64,000 bases of DNA, taken from positions 189,970,001-190,034,000 of the forward strand of contig NC_058368.1 of assembly GCF_018350175.1 (NCBI RefSeq). Direction: 5' to 3'. Both the position numbers and the translations under genes were made by a program. Positions 51,752 to 64,000 of the stretch are shown piece after piece; within the stretch, counting starts at the first letter, position 1, and every line of letters begins with the position of its first letter. Below the pieces are notes generated by a model. The model was not told the origin of the DNA and searched no databases. It worked only from the letters and a program-made list of their open reading frames with translations. The DNA is from Felis catus. Lineage: Eukaryota.

Positions 51752-53687
51752 TGAATCTCTGGCTTTACTGATGGGAATCTCTGTTGTATTGGGCCTGAGC
51801 TCTGGTCTACTCATTGGTAACTCTTCACTTCTTGTCTTTCCTTCCTTCTCTTCCTTCATTCAACAGATATTGTGAGTGCCAACCACGTGGCAGGTATTGG
51901 GCTAGGTCCTGGGTGTTCCTTGGAGAGCAGTGGCAGGCAAAGCACAGTCTCTGCCATGGTGGGGCTTAGAGCTTAGTGGAGGAGCCAGGGAATGAAACTT
52001 TTCTGAAACAATGTAGGGCTGTAATGGAGGACGTAGAGGCTACTGTGGGAGTATGGGGAGGGGGAGCCTACCCTGGACTGGAGGTAAGAGAAGGCTTCTG
52101 GGAGGAAGTGAAGGAAGGAAGGAGTAGGGAGCAGGGTGGTAGAGTTGGTCTATTCAAGCTGCAGTGGTAGAAGAAACAAAGGCCTGAAGGTAAGAGTAAC
52201 GTGGAGATGAAAATAAGTTCTTTGTGGTTATAGCAGAGGGAGGAGGGCAGGAGGAAATGGTGAGAGAGGAAGTTGGCTAGGTAAGCAGGGGTGAATCTTT
52301 GAAGAGTGTTTTAGGTTCCTTAAAGGGGTGGGCCATTTATCTTTAGGGCAATGGGGAGCTGATGAAGAATATTTTAAAAGCCAGATAGTAACAGCCTCCC
52401 AAATGCATTTGACAAAGACTACTTCAACTGAAGTGTAGGATGGGTTGGAAGGGGCAAGACCAGAGAGGTACTAAGACCCATTCAAGAGTTTTATTATAAC
52501 TGAGTGAGAAATTAAGGTGATTGAATTTAGGGAAGAGGTAGCTGATAAGGAGAGAAGGGGATGCGTTACAGGCATGTTTATAGGGTAGAATCGTGGAGAC
52601 TGGGAGGTGGGTTGACTAAGCGCTGAGGAAGGGGATGGAGTCAAAGACCAATGTGAGTTTCCTGCATGTGTAGGTAGTGGGACAGGGCTGCCGGCCCCTG
52701 GGTTTGTCCTTAGCTTGCCATAGGACCTCAGACAAGTCACTTCTTTTTTCAATCTTTAGTTTTCTCATTAGATGAAGGTAATAATCCCCAGGCACCAACT
52801 TGGCAGGATCATGGTGGAGATTCACTGATAAAATCCAAGTGTAAAGTAGTGTCCTGTTCTCTTTCCATGACCCTAAAAGGCTGGGCAGAAGCAAAGTCTG
52901 TCCTTACCCTGGCTATCTTTGTAATTTGGGCTTTTACATGGTTTCCCCCCTTATCTGCAATTCTAAGCACTTAATCTCCCAGGAACTGGTGAGCCTTCTG
53001 CCTGGTCCAGCAGCTGAGACCTCACTGGGAGCCTCTCTGGGGGGGGGGGGGGGGTGGCTGGAGGGGGTGGTCTCAAACCAGCTTTTGTTGAAAACAATGA
53101 TATCATTGAGTGGGTGGAGCTGGGTTAGGCTTTTCTTAGTCAGTTTCAGGAGAAATGGGGTCTTTATGACTTCTGTACTTATGGCTCTTTTCCAGTCCCT
53201 TCCATAGCTCCCATGTACCCCACTGCCCCCTTTTCTTCTCTCTCCCCTGAGGTTACAGATTTGTGGAAAACTGGCAGCCTCCACATTTTCTCCTCTTGCA
53301 TCAGCCTCCCTGGAGAGAAGTCCAGATGGGCCAAGGGGCTATAATGGCTGCATTATATCAGGCATAGTTTCTTTTTCCAAGCCCCCTCCTCCACTGAAAG
53401 GAAAGGCAAGTCACACAGAAAGTAAGGGATTCTTTTGAAGGGAGACTGGAATGCTAGGGAAAAAAGGTGATCTAAGTGTTGGGAAAGATATCAGGCTCCT
53501 GGTATGCTAGAAGCACTTTATCTCCTGACTTCTTGATGCTAAATATGGGGCTTGGGTAAGAGTGCAAAGATTAAGCAAGCCTTTCAGTTATGCGGTGATA
53601 GGAATATGGCTGGGGAAAAGGAGATCAGCAATGTTGAGTAAGGACCCTTAGTTCCTATTCTCTACGCCATTCTTCCTGTTTGTCCTC

Positions 53688-53688
<1 letters not shown>

Positions 53689-53731
<43 letters not shown>

Positions 53732-53741
53732 CACACACACA
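53689..53741 (+). repeat. (CA)n microsatellite, once interrupted
   Basis: Read directly. Confidence 0.93.
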
Positions 53742-53942
53742 CCTAAATACTGATGCGCCCTTCCTCCATAGCTATGTAAGCAGCTTGTTACGGGTACTTG
53801 CTACTTGTTGCCTGACTGGTTTGCAAAAGTTCTAGGAAGGAAGGAAGATGGGCTGTTTAACAGTGATTTGGCCTCCTGGGACCAGATGGTCATACCCGCC
53901 TTCTGTGTGGCCTGGTTTGCAAAGTGCTTTCACAGCTGACCT

Positions 53943-54491
53943 TGTAGGGGAGGAAAAATAATTTACCCTCTACCTTTCTAAGTTCTCAGCTGGGAACCCT
54001 GTAAACAAAGGCAGATTAACAAGAGAAAAACAGACAGAAGTTTATTAACATGTATACATAAGAGATAGCCAGGGAAAAATGAGGAGTAACTCAAAGAGTT
54101 AGAATTCAGGCTTATGTAGCATCTTTCCCAAAGAACAGTAAATTTGTAGAGAAATGACAGGACAGAGGAAAACAGTTACACTTCCAAAGATGGTAAGCTG
54201 TGGGAAGGTAATACATGGCAAACTAATGGGAGACAAAAGCTAGTCAGTAAAAGTTGTTGTGCAGATTCCTCTGGTGCCTTCACCAGGCGGATAGGGTCTG
54301 AAGTTGTCTCTGGTGATTAACTTTTGTCCTTCCTGGTAGAGAGGGGAGGAGGGACGCTTTTGAAAATTTTTGTCCTGATTTTAGGCAAATAGGTAGAGGG
54401 CAGAGAGCATGTTTTTTGTATCTGTTTCTTTTCAATTGCCTTTGGTGCAAAATTATCTGTATGCTTACTTGGCACATTCCGCCACCCTTCA
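53943..54491 (-). mobile_element. ERV1-class solo LTR (MER31/CarLTR-like)
   Basis: Inverted termini TGTAGGG...CCCTTCA; 4-bp TSD acct/gcct; AATAAA on the minus strand; 549 bp. Family name from memory. Confidence 0.75.
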
Positions 54492-54994
54492 GCCTACTCT
54501 GATCTTCATAATAGAGATGCAGGTGCTGGGGAGGGCAGGAAAACTGTGCTTGTGCCACTCACTCAACTCCCTTAGCATCCTAGCACAGTGCCTGGCACAC
54601 CACGGTCTCAGTCAGTATTTGTGGAATGAGTAAACAGGTTTGCAGAGGCAGAGCCTGAGCCTCAGAAGAGGTACTGCAGCTTGGCTGAGGACCCAGAACA
54701 AATACATGATGGATTCAAGCCAGGAGGAACTTGGTCTCCCTGATGCCATGTGCCCCACAGTTTGTACTATATGATGCTGCTTAATAAGCAGTTATTGATA
54801 AGATGACACGAACATCCTTCCTCTCTGCCTTCTGGGAGTATCTGGATGGCCTAACTCTTGGATTATCTACCACTGACTTTTAGCTTATTTTTGTTTATTT
54901 AGACTGATGAGCTTAGAAGCAAAATATAACTATGTGATGTTGGGTAAGTTGCTTTTGCTCTTTTTCAAATTATTCATCTATAAAAGTGGATTGA

Positions 54995-55188
54995 GGGGCT
55001 CCTGGGTGGCTCAGTCAGTTAAGTGTCTGACTCTTGATTTTGGCTCAGGTCATGATCTCATGGTTTGTGAGATCGAGACCCATGTCGGGCTCTGCACTGA
55101 CAGTGTGGAGCCTGCTTGGGATACTCTCTTTCTCTCTCTGTCCCTCCTCCACCTTCCCCTCAAAATAAATACATAAACATTAAAAAAA
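54995..55188 (+). mobile_element. CAN-SINE, first of a tandem pair
   Basis: CAGTGTGGAGCCTGCTTGGGAT-type core; flanked by aaaagtggatYga. Confidence 0.93.
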
Positions 55189-55209
55189 TGTAAAAGTGGA
55201 TCGAGGGTT

Positions 55210-55417
55210 GGGGTGCCTGGGTGGCTCAGTCGGTTAAGCGTCTGACTTTGACTCAGGCCATGATCTCACAGTTTGTGGGTTTGAGCCCTACATCAGGCTC
55301 TGTGCTGACAGCTCAGAGCTTAGAGCCTGCTTCACATTCTGTGTCTCCCTCTCTCTCTGCCCCTCCCCCACTCACGCTCTACCTGTCTCTCTCTCTCAAA
55401 AATAAATAAACTTAAAA
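55210..55417 (+). mobile_element. CAN-SINE (SINEC_Fc type), second of a tandem pair
   Basis: CAGCTCAGAGCTTAGAGCCTGCTTC core; flanked by aaaagtggatYgagg. Confidence 0.93.
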
Positions 55418-58400
55418 AAAAGTGGATTGAGGAGAAGCATTAGACAGATAGGGTGGCATAAAAAGATTCTTTTGTTGCAGTCAACTCTGCAGTTTGTATA
55501 CTGATCTCCCCCCACCCCGTCCCCCCCCAAAAAAAAACTTTACGGAAAGGATATGGGACAACAGATAGAATGTGTTGGGGAAAAAAAAAAAAACAGCTGA
55601 AGAACTAGGGTTTGAACAGGAAGGATTTAGGAATTCATAGTTAGTCTTTTCAGGTGCCACCACTGGGGTGACTCTGCTCCAGCCATTTTCACCAGATGTC
55701 ACCCATCATGGAATTTGGCGAAATGAGATTTGATTGTCTTGGCTTGTCACTACTGACTCCAGGTGCCCACAGTCAGTATGCAGGGACAGGGGAGCATTTG
55801 TCTGAATGCAAATCGGGGCAATCTTACTCCAAGAAGGTGGCAAAGATGCTAGAGGCTGGGACAGTTGTCCATTACGATCTAGAAGGGCTCGCCAACATCC
55901 GACCTTCTTGGCTGCATCATAGCTGTGATTTGTGCTTTAGGATGTTAAAAAACCTGGGGCAGAGTTATTGGGATATTTAATCAGAGTCTAAAAGGGACAA
56001 AGCACCCACATTTAAGGTGGGTTGGTTTCTTGTCTTCACCCACCTGCTTTTTGTATGCTTTTTTTCATAGGAAAAATGAAATGGTCCTCTTTCCTAACAT
56101 ATTTTCGTAGGCCCAGTGATCTTAGAGGTTCCTTTTCTTCCCTTCCCCTTTGTCTTATTCACCAAGTAAATCTCTGAAATATGCCTGGTACCTCTTGTTT
56201 TGGCCCTTCCCTTCAGGTTGATCTGTTAAACAAGCACTGTGGTTGTTTATCAAAATCTGGTTGCCAGAGAGACTGCTATCAGGTGATGTTTTCATTTTTA
56301 AAAATTTTCTGAGAAGTGGTAGAGATAGTACCCCATTTCTTTTAACTATTCTTATCCAGCTCCAATAAATACTCATAACAGGCTCTTCAGGACACTGCAG
56401 AACAAATCTCTAGACTCTTGGGTGACACATTTTGAGGTCCCTTATCTCAGGTCTCTAACACTTAAGCTCCCTGATCCCAAGAAATCAGCCATGTTTGCAC
56501 AGAGAAGTTACTCGTTTTTGTGGAGTTAGCCAAGAGGGAGGCATGGAGAGGATTAAAGAAATGCCCTGCTGGTCAAAGGAGTAAACAGTGCTCATCCAAA
56601 CATCCTTTGGTATATAAAAGCAAAACATAGAACCAGGAGCTGGTGGGAAGGATGCCAGGTCTTATAGGGACTGGGAGAAGATGTAATGGGAAGTGGTTGG
56701 TGAAAAAGAGTGTTGGTTTAATGCACTGTCGGGAAACTTCCTTAATAAAAGGTTAAAGAAAACATGCCATGTAGCTTTGGCTTTTTGCCAGGATTATGGG
56801 TAGCGCCATCTTGCTTCAAAGTGTTGCTTCTGGAGCTGGTCCTCTGGCAGTAATGATACTTGTTCAAGAAAGTCCTTGGGGTAGGAGGGGATCCCCACTC
56901 TTTAGATTAGGAATGATGTTTAAAGTCCCTCCTTCCTTGGCCTTTCTGTTCCCTCAAAAAGGAATGCCTATGCCTGTGGGCCCCTGGACTTGTCAATCCT
57001 TATTTGGCTTTAGGGCCGTGCCTTTGGCGTGTTGGTTTGTTTCCATTCCTTTGGAGTCAGAGGTGGAATGAGCACTGGTTTAGAAATCTTGGTTCTGAGA
57101 CAGCTGTCTCTTCTCCCCTTTACTTTCTCCTTCTTCGAAAACAAAAGAAAACAAAACAATACTTACTGAGTTTGTTTTTTTTTGTCCCAAATATGGGTAA
57201 ACGTAGGCTATTACATTAGAATAGCACTCTCTGCTTTTCAGAAACCCTTCCAGTGTCTGCCTGTCCTGGGCATCACTATTTCCATTTGGTAGAAGGGAGA
57301 CTAAGGCCAAGTAGCTTGTAACTGGCATAGTGTCCCCTCGCTAGTTAAAAAATATTAATACCCGAAAAGAGTATTATGAACCCTCAGATACTCATTATCT
57401 GGATTTACCAATTATCAAGATTTTGCCACCTGTGCACATAGCTGTTCCCAGAGAAAATGATAACAGTGAATTGTAGAACACAAAACTGTATACTTTAAGA
57501 AGAGTTCTTTCACATTTGTTGATTTTACTTAACAAAATTTCATAGGCATTTGACAACAGCCCTGTGAAGTAGATTCTAAAATTGTTCCCATTTTATAGGT
57601 AAGAAAACAGGCACAGAGAGTTTAACTGACTTGCCCAAGCTCACCGGAACTTGAAGTATCAGTGTTTGAATGTATGTTTCTCATTTGGTCCTTTCAGTGA
57701 TGCTGTGAGGTAGCAATTATTACTCTGTTATTTTGTGGTCTAGGAAACGGAGGGTAAAGGTTTCGGTGGCTCAAGTGAAGTAGTTCTCATACAAATACTG
57801 GTGAGCACATGTCAAAGTTCGATTTATCTCATTAATGCATTGATGGGGGAAACAGCAAGATGATAACTGGCTTAAAAGTTGGATAAGGGAAATATGTATG
57901 TATGTATTTTTTTAATAGTGAAAAAAATGAATGTTGAGATAAGATTGCTAAGTTAGACATAAAACTGGTTAATATCATCCTAGAGATGATGAAACCATAA
58001 CGTTTGGAGTTATCTTTTCTACTGGGTGGAAATCATTTGCATTTCCTCTATTGTATCTTATTAGCATTTTACAAGTTAACGGCTCATTTTACAGACTTGT
58101 ACAAGAGCTGCCTTAATTAATCGTAAATAGTCTTTCAAAGCTACATCTCCCCCCTACAGAGTCGGAAGACCCTTAGCCTGGCCTCCCAGAGCCTGCCACG
58201 CCATGGTGCTCTTGTACGAAATTGAAAAAAAACCATAGTCATCTTTTGCCTCATTTCTGGGGTTTGAAAGAACAGTTACCTAGAGAGTAGTGCAGCTGGT
58301 AGTGAAGCTTTCTGAGCCCTGGACTTTTCTTCTGTGCTATGCATTGATCCAGTGGGATAGGAGAATTCCCAGAACCTGAAAATCCCAGTATCACCTGGAA

Positions 58401-60409
58401 AAACTATTTAAAATACAGATTTCTTAGTCCTTCTCTAGAGAATATAATTCTCATTGGGGCTGGGCTGGGGCTTGAGATTTTATATTTTTTCAGTGTTTCC
58501 GGGTGTTGTGCAGTTACTGGGCTAAGTCCCATGGCTACGGCATTGGGAGTATGAGCGAGAAATGACAGAGGCTTGCATGATCATCAGCATGGGTGGGCAT
58601 GGTGAAGGTCTTCCAAGGGAAATAAGAGGGCTCAGCAAGGCTATACCTCCCCAAGCATCACTGGTGTTTAAGAGCTAGGATACTCTTTCTTGAAGGACCT
58701 AGAGGGAGCAAGATCTGGGGGAGGAGGTGTCAGTAAAAATAGCCACTGTGGCATGAGCTAAGTAACGTTTACTTATACTGAGCATGGCTGCATTGGTTGT
58801 TTTTCAAGGTAGTTTGGAAATTATTATCACTTTATCTTCACCACGTGCTTATCTGAAGCAGAGGAAGGAGGACTGAACTCAGAGACGTTTTGCAAATTTG
58901 TTTTAGCCCTGCTGCTTCTCTTTCCAGAGGGAGTTGTAGAGATTGAAGTTTAGAGAGGCATTTGAAATTTGTCTGATAGTAAATAGTCCTTAGAGGGATT
59001 GTTCTGGTTTTGAAGGCACTGGGCTCTAGCAGAGGTGGGTCAGGGCTGTTTCAGACTGCAGTGTGCTTTTGGGGTCTGGCTGCACGTACAAACAGGGCCC
59101 TGGCCACCACAGGCAGCTCTATTGTCCTTCCCTGGAGAGCGACCTTATGTCTAGTATTTGAGAAAAAGCTTATTTTCCCAGGTGGGATTCAGTAGATGCA
59201 GGTTTTGGTAGAGGACATGGGGGTCTGAGCGACCTGGGTTTTGCCCACAGTGAGCATTTCTGTGCTAGCTGCTGTTAGTATAGGAATACTGTCTACCTGC
59301 TTTGTGGGCTTGTGAGCCTGGACGGTGTGTGTATGGGGTGGGGGGACACTTTGTAGAAACTGCTTTTCTATCAAAGCCAGTAAAAGGAGGGGGTGGGGTG
59401 GGAAATCTTGGACAGTCCTTCTCTCTTCCTGGACTCACATCACTCACAACTTGTTTCCTGAAAATCCTAATACACTCCAGTGGTGAGAGATGGCTTCCTG
59501 CTGATATGCTGAGCCAGCCCCTTGTCAGGGAGGAGATGAGAACAAGATGTGGCTGAAGAAGGGGCGGGTGGGCCAAGCCGTGCTGCTCAGTGGCCCTGTG
59601 GCCCTCTCTCTGAGTCCTGAGAACACTGCCAGGGCACCCCATGGGCACGCAGGCATAGATAGGCCTGGCTCGGGGCAGTGGAGAGGATTTGGAAGTTGTG
59701 TTTTGTCTATCGGTAGAATTGCACAGATGGTGGTGATGAAACATGACCCTTTCTTTTGCTTCTAGAAAGAAAGACCTTCCTGGCCAACATCTGTAACCCT
59801 ATTTGGAGAAAAGGTTGTTGTTTCAAAAAACTAGCCCTGAAATTCTTAACATATCCATCCATCCCCTTTCTCCTGCCATGTGCTTTGCTTACTATATTTT
59901 TCTTGCATATATTCACATCTAACAGTTCATGACATTTTTGTGACATCCCGTGTGTCTGCAAGGCAACTATCATTACCATCAAATTGTGGTTTGGACTGCT
60001 GGTTCTTGGAAGCGCTCTATTTTTATGCTTCTGCCTTCTAAGGGAGACAGAGCAGAAAAGTGCTTAAGAAGCATAGTCAGGGCCAACAGACCTGGGTCTG
60101 AAACCTGGCCCTGACATCATGCCATGAGAACTTGGACAAGTTAAATGTCTGAATTCCCAGTGTCCTCAATTATAAAACGGGGAAACAATTAGGACCTACC
60201 TCATAGGCATGTTGTACATAGGTGTGTTAAATGGTTTAACACTTCAATATGTGTGAACTGTTGTGATGCAACTTATCTGTTTTTTTCAAACTCAGAATGA
60301 TCCAGGATCTGGTAGAGGCAGGAAGGTGATAGGGGCTTGGAGAATGAGACACTTTGATATTTCTGAAGTTCGCCTACCTTAAAAATATTTTGAGGACTTG
60401 TGGTCTAGG

Positions 60410-60575
60410 GCGGTGGTTCTGCATCAAAATCACTGAGAGAGTTATTACAATGGATAGTTGGGCCCTAACCCCAGAGTTTCTGTCCGCCCCAGTACATTTG
60501 GGCTGGGGTCCAACAGTCTGCATTTTTAACGAATTCCTAGGTGATGCTGATGCTGCTGGTCTTGAAATGGCAGTT
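60410..60575. mobile_element. MER5A-like hAT remnant
   Basis: GCATCAAAATCAC...CCCCAGAGTTTCTG...CTGCATTTTTAAC...GGTGATGCTGATGCTGCTGGTC. Confidence 0.7.
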
Positions 60576-63507
60576 AGGTAGAAGAGGAAGCAGATTGTTC
60601 CATGTAGATTCAGAAGACAGAATGAGGCCAGTGGGTGCCAGTGACAGAGATAGATTTTGGTTCATTGTAAGAACGTTAACTGTTGTATGTGGTCTAAAAT
60701 GGAGTGGGTGGTCTCATGAGTTCCCTGTCACTGGAGATGTCCAATCCTGAAGGGCCATCTGGCAGATTCCTACGCTAGGTAGAAGGTTCATTTGTTCATT
60801 CGTTCCTTCGCTTATTCCTTCTCCCACTTACTCACAGAATAAACATGTACTGCCTGCCTGGTACGTGCTGGGAGCTGGGGAGAAGCCCTGAATGAAGCAC
60901 CTGTGCCCTTGCTCTTAGGGAGCCCACAGTTTAGTGAGTTTGGCTAAATGATTACGAAAGTCCCTTTCAACCCTGAGGCTCTGGGAGTCCTATGATAATG
61001 GTGTCAGATCCTCAGAAAAAGAAGCTGCAGAAAGATGCTTACCCTTCTGAAGGTATGGCTGGGGACTGACCATAATGTGGACACCTCTGAGGTTCAATCT
61101 GGAATGTTCTCTTTGGAGCATCTTAATGTCACTGAATGAATGATTTTTTTTTCCCCCCTGAGACTCAGACTAGGCTGAGAATGTATTTACCAGGGGTGCA
61201 TTTCCTCTGGGAAAATTCACATCTCCCCACTGGCACTGGGAACAGACCATTAAACTCTGAACCCTTTTCTAGCTGTCCATGATGCCATCTGTGAAGGCAG
61301 ATCTAGGGAGTGGGCCTGCGAGAATAAGCTAATTGCCTTTTCATCTCTCTCAAGTGATAAACTGGAACATTAATGGCTGGGGAGAGTTAGGGGAAAATGG
61401 GTAGATTATATCAGTTTTTCTGGGTTCTTCCATCATAATCCCTGGTGAAAGCAATAATGATAATTGCTGACCTTTACAGAGCTTACTCTATGCCAGGCCT
61501 GGTGTTAAGCCCTTTTTGTGCATTTTGTTATGATACTCTTAATATAGCCCTATCAAGTAGGCATATTATCCTCATATTTGCAAGGAGAGGAAACAAAGGT
61601 TCAGAGAGGTAAAGTAACTCACTCATGGCCATGGAGACAGTAGATGTCAGAGCTGGAATGTAAACTTCATTCTCTCAGACTCCAGACCATGCTCCAAGCT
61701 CCTAATCCTGAAAACAACTCATTCATTCAATTACTAGTTAAGTCATTCTTTCATTAAATAAATGTTAAGCACTGGTATGTACTGGTGCACTAAACAGCTT
61801 GGCCTCAGTCCTCCTGGGGCCTATGGTTTATCTCCCGCAGACAAATGGGTGACTCCTTCCTTGGATCCTTGGCTTATTAGGTGCTAAGGAGAAAGACATA
61901 GGGCTGGGAGACAGACCCTGCCAAGTGAGCTACAGACCCAGAGTTTTCATGTGAATGAGAGTTTCTCTACACAAGCTGGGTTTTGTACTTCACTTTATTT
62001 TTACATTTTTCTGTTGGGTTTCTTTTCTTCTTGTCCAAGCCTTGATGTTGAAGGGCTTGATGTAGTAGAAGAGACAGTTCTTGTGACATTTGCCTTCTGG
62101 CTGCACTCCGGAGTGGAGAGGAATCTCAGTCAGGAGTCCCAGAACTTACAGCCAGAAGTGACTCTGGAGACCCTCTTCAATGGACCTCATCTTGCTGGGA
62201 AATGTCCTCTCTTCCAAAACCAGGGTTGTCTCTGCACATTCCTTTGGCTCTCTGTGCTGGCCTCAGTCTATACTTTCTTCTTCCTAAAAGCAGTTTCAAA
62301 TTAGGTTTTCAGGTTTCAAAATAAATAATTATTTTTTAAAAAAATCAACCAGTTTTTAGAAATATGCAACTTAGATTGTGAACATCTGCAATGCCCTGAG
62401 AGAACCACCATTAACAATGGGCATTTGCTTCTCCATGTGTTCTCAATGCCTACACTTGTGTGTATTGTTATCAGTTTTTCATTAGGAGGGATTTTTAAAA
62501 TGTGTATTTTCCTGAAATGTATTGTTTTGATCTAACTCCATTTTTAAACATTTTTTTCCGTTAGTACATCTAGATCCTCTTAATTCTTGTTTTGTTAGAC
62601 TTCAATTTCTCTTCCATGAGACACTTTTTTTGCCCTTAGACTTCAACTTTCTATAGATGCATTTTGCTTTTAATGTGGCTGAGCTAGTTGAAACTTCCAT
62701 TTGGCTCTTTTATTTTTCTTTTAACTTTTAGAGAAATGCTAAGAACCTTGTTTGGTGTTGCCTTGCCTTTGATGAGAGATTCTTAACTTCAGCTTCAAGG
62801 GGTCTGTGGCAAGAGAGAAACCAATGTGAAGTTTTAGAAAAGAAAAGAAAATAAGAATTTGTTGTAAGGGTAACACAGAACTACCAGGTCTCAGGACATC
62901 TGGACCACTAGGTCTCAGCAAAGGCAGACAAAGGCAACTTTGGGAATCGAGGCAGCAGGAACAAAGGAACAGATGAGTTGCTTCCATCTGTTTGGTTTTT
63001 GCAACATCACTCCATTGGCTTAGCTTGGAACATGGGCCACTCTTGGCCAGGGCCAGGTAGGACACCTTGATTGGCAGTCTCACAAGAACATGCAACAGGA
63101 TGGAAGGATTCCCATGAAGAAAAATTGGCGAGCCAATACTGCAAGTTGGTGGATGCAGTGCTAGCATAATTATAGGTACAAAAGAGCGTCCAAAGACCTT
63201 GGGAAATTTTGAATATGGGTTCGCTTGTGTGTATTCCCAGGACCCAGAAAAAGTTGCGACCACTGCTGTCATTTTGTCTCCTTCATCTGGTTGTGTCCAT
63301 ACTAAGTGATGATCCCATTAAGAACAAAATTAATAAACTTCCTCCTGGTTTTCTTTTTGTTCCGTAGGCCCTTAGGGCTGCTCATTTTCTTCTGCACAGA
63401 GATGCTTGGGTGGTTCTTCCTGGGTCATTTAGAATGACTGCCCACTGTTTCCAGGAGGGTGGAGGCCAGCACCTAAAGAGACAAATGTCTATGTTTATTC
63501 TTTGCAG

Positions 63508-63586
63508 GTACCTTTTTGCTCCAGCCTACACAGAAACCCATTATACTCCAAGTGGCAACGCTCAAACCACCATGCTGAAATCTGAG
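63508..63586 (+). CDS. ADAM19: ADAM19 exon 4 ((E)YLFAPAYTETHYTPSGNAQTTMLKSE, prodomain)
   Basis: Acceptor ttctttgcAG|, donor GAG|GTGAGT; 79 nt; completes the split GAG codon; LFAPxYTETHY matches ADAM19. Intron 3 is ~24.5 kb. Confidence 0.96.
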
Positions 63587-64000
63587 GTGAGTTCAGGTCA
63601 GCAGGGATCTGTCAAGCAGCTGGCCTGTCCTGGTCCCACCCCCGGGAAGTGAGGAGATATGTGGTGGGCACAGTCCCTCCTCTGGAGGGATTGTTTGCCC
63701 TGACCCCAGACCCAGGGCATGAGCAGGAAAAGCAAAATGTGAATTTGTTGTTTCATAAAGGCTCCCTCTCTTCTGCTGACTAAAATGATCAGGCAAACAG
63801 AATATTTTAGGGTAAGTGCCTCTGACTACAATTGGCATAAATCATTACAAAGCAGACATTTTCTCTGTTGTATGTTAATCACCCACATATTAACAAAAGT
63901 TTAAGTAAAAGGAATGATTTACTGGTAATCCTGCCATTGCACTTAATTAGATGTTTAATTGAGACTTTTCCATATGGATGTATAAGGTTTTGTAGTCTGC

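Noticed and set aside
53039..53054. Long poly-G run as a G-quadruplex element
   Set aside because: Homopolymer length is unreliable in assemblies and there is no supporting context.
5704..55409. Recurring short ORFs such as MAQSVKHPTSAQVMISQF...
   Set aside because: Translations of CAN-SINE copies, not a gene family.
400..62000. Many MIR, L2 and very old L1/MLT fragments
   Set aside because: Probably real, but too diverged to delimit reliably by eye, so not listed individually.
62739..63272. 177-aa minus-strand ORF near exon 4
   Set aside because: No recognisable domain; overlaps what looks like a decayed MaLR LTR.

Overview
Mammalian genomic DNA from a felid, judged from the many feline-type CAN-SINEs and a feline L1 3' end. 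The only protein-coding gene I can support is the 5' part of ADAM19 (meltrin-beta) on the + strand. It has a CpG-island promoter (~31.06-31.65 kb) and four coding exons (31412-31478, 34478-34563, 38911-38981, 63508-63586) with GT-AG sites and matching phases. They splice to 101 codons of signal peptide plus the start of the prodomain, and the gene continues beyond the window. The first ~31 kb is repeat-rich intergenic DNA. Most other ORFs in the track are chance or repeat-derived. I found no new multi-gene system. The best observations are: a U6 snRNA/L1 chimeric retrocopy; a 74-bp templated copy of a motif-rich intronic segment inserted into an MLT1D LTR; two SINEs inserted back-to-back at one palindromic TCTT/AAGA site; a SINE dimer with a triplicated target site; a full-length MaLR element just upstream of the promoter; an apparently shortened ADAM19 signal peptide; and uORFs in the leader. 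Repeat family names and cross-species comparisons come from memory and need database confirmation.
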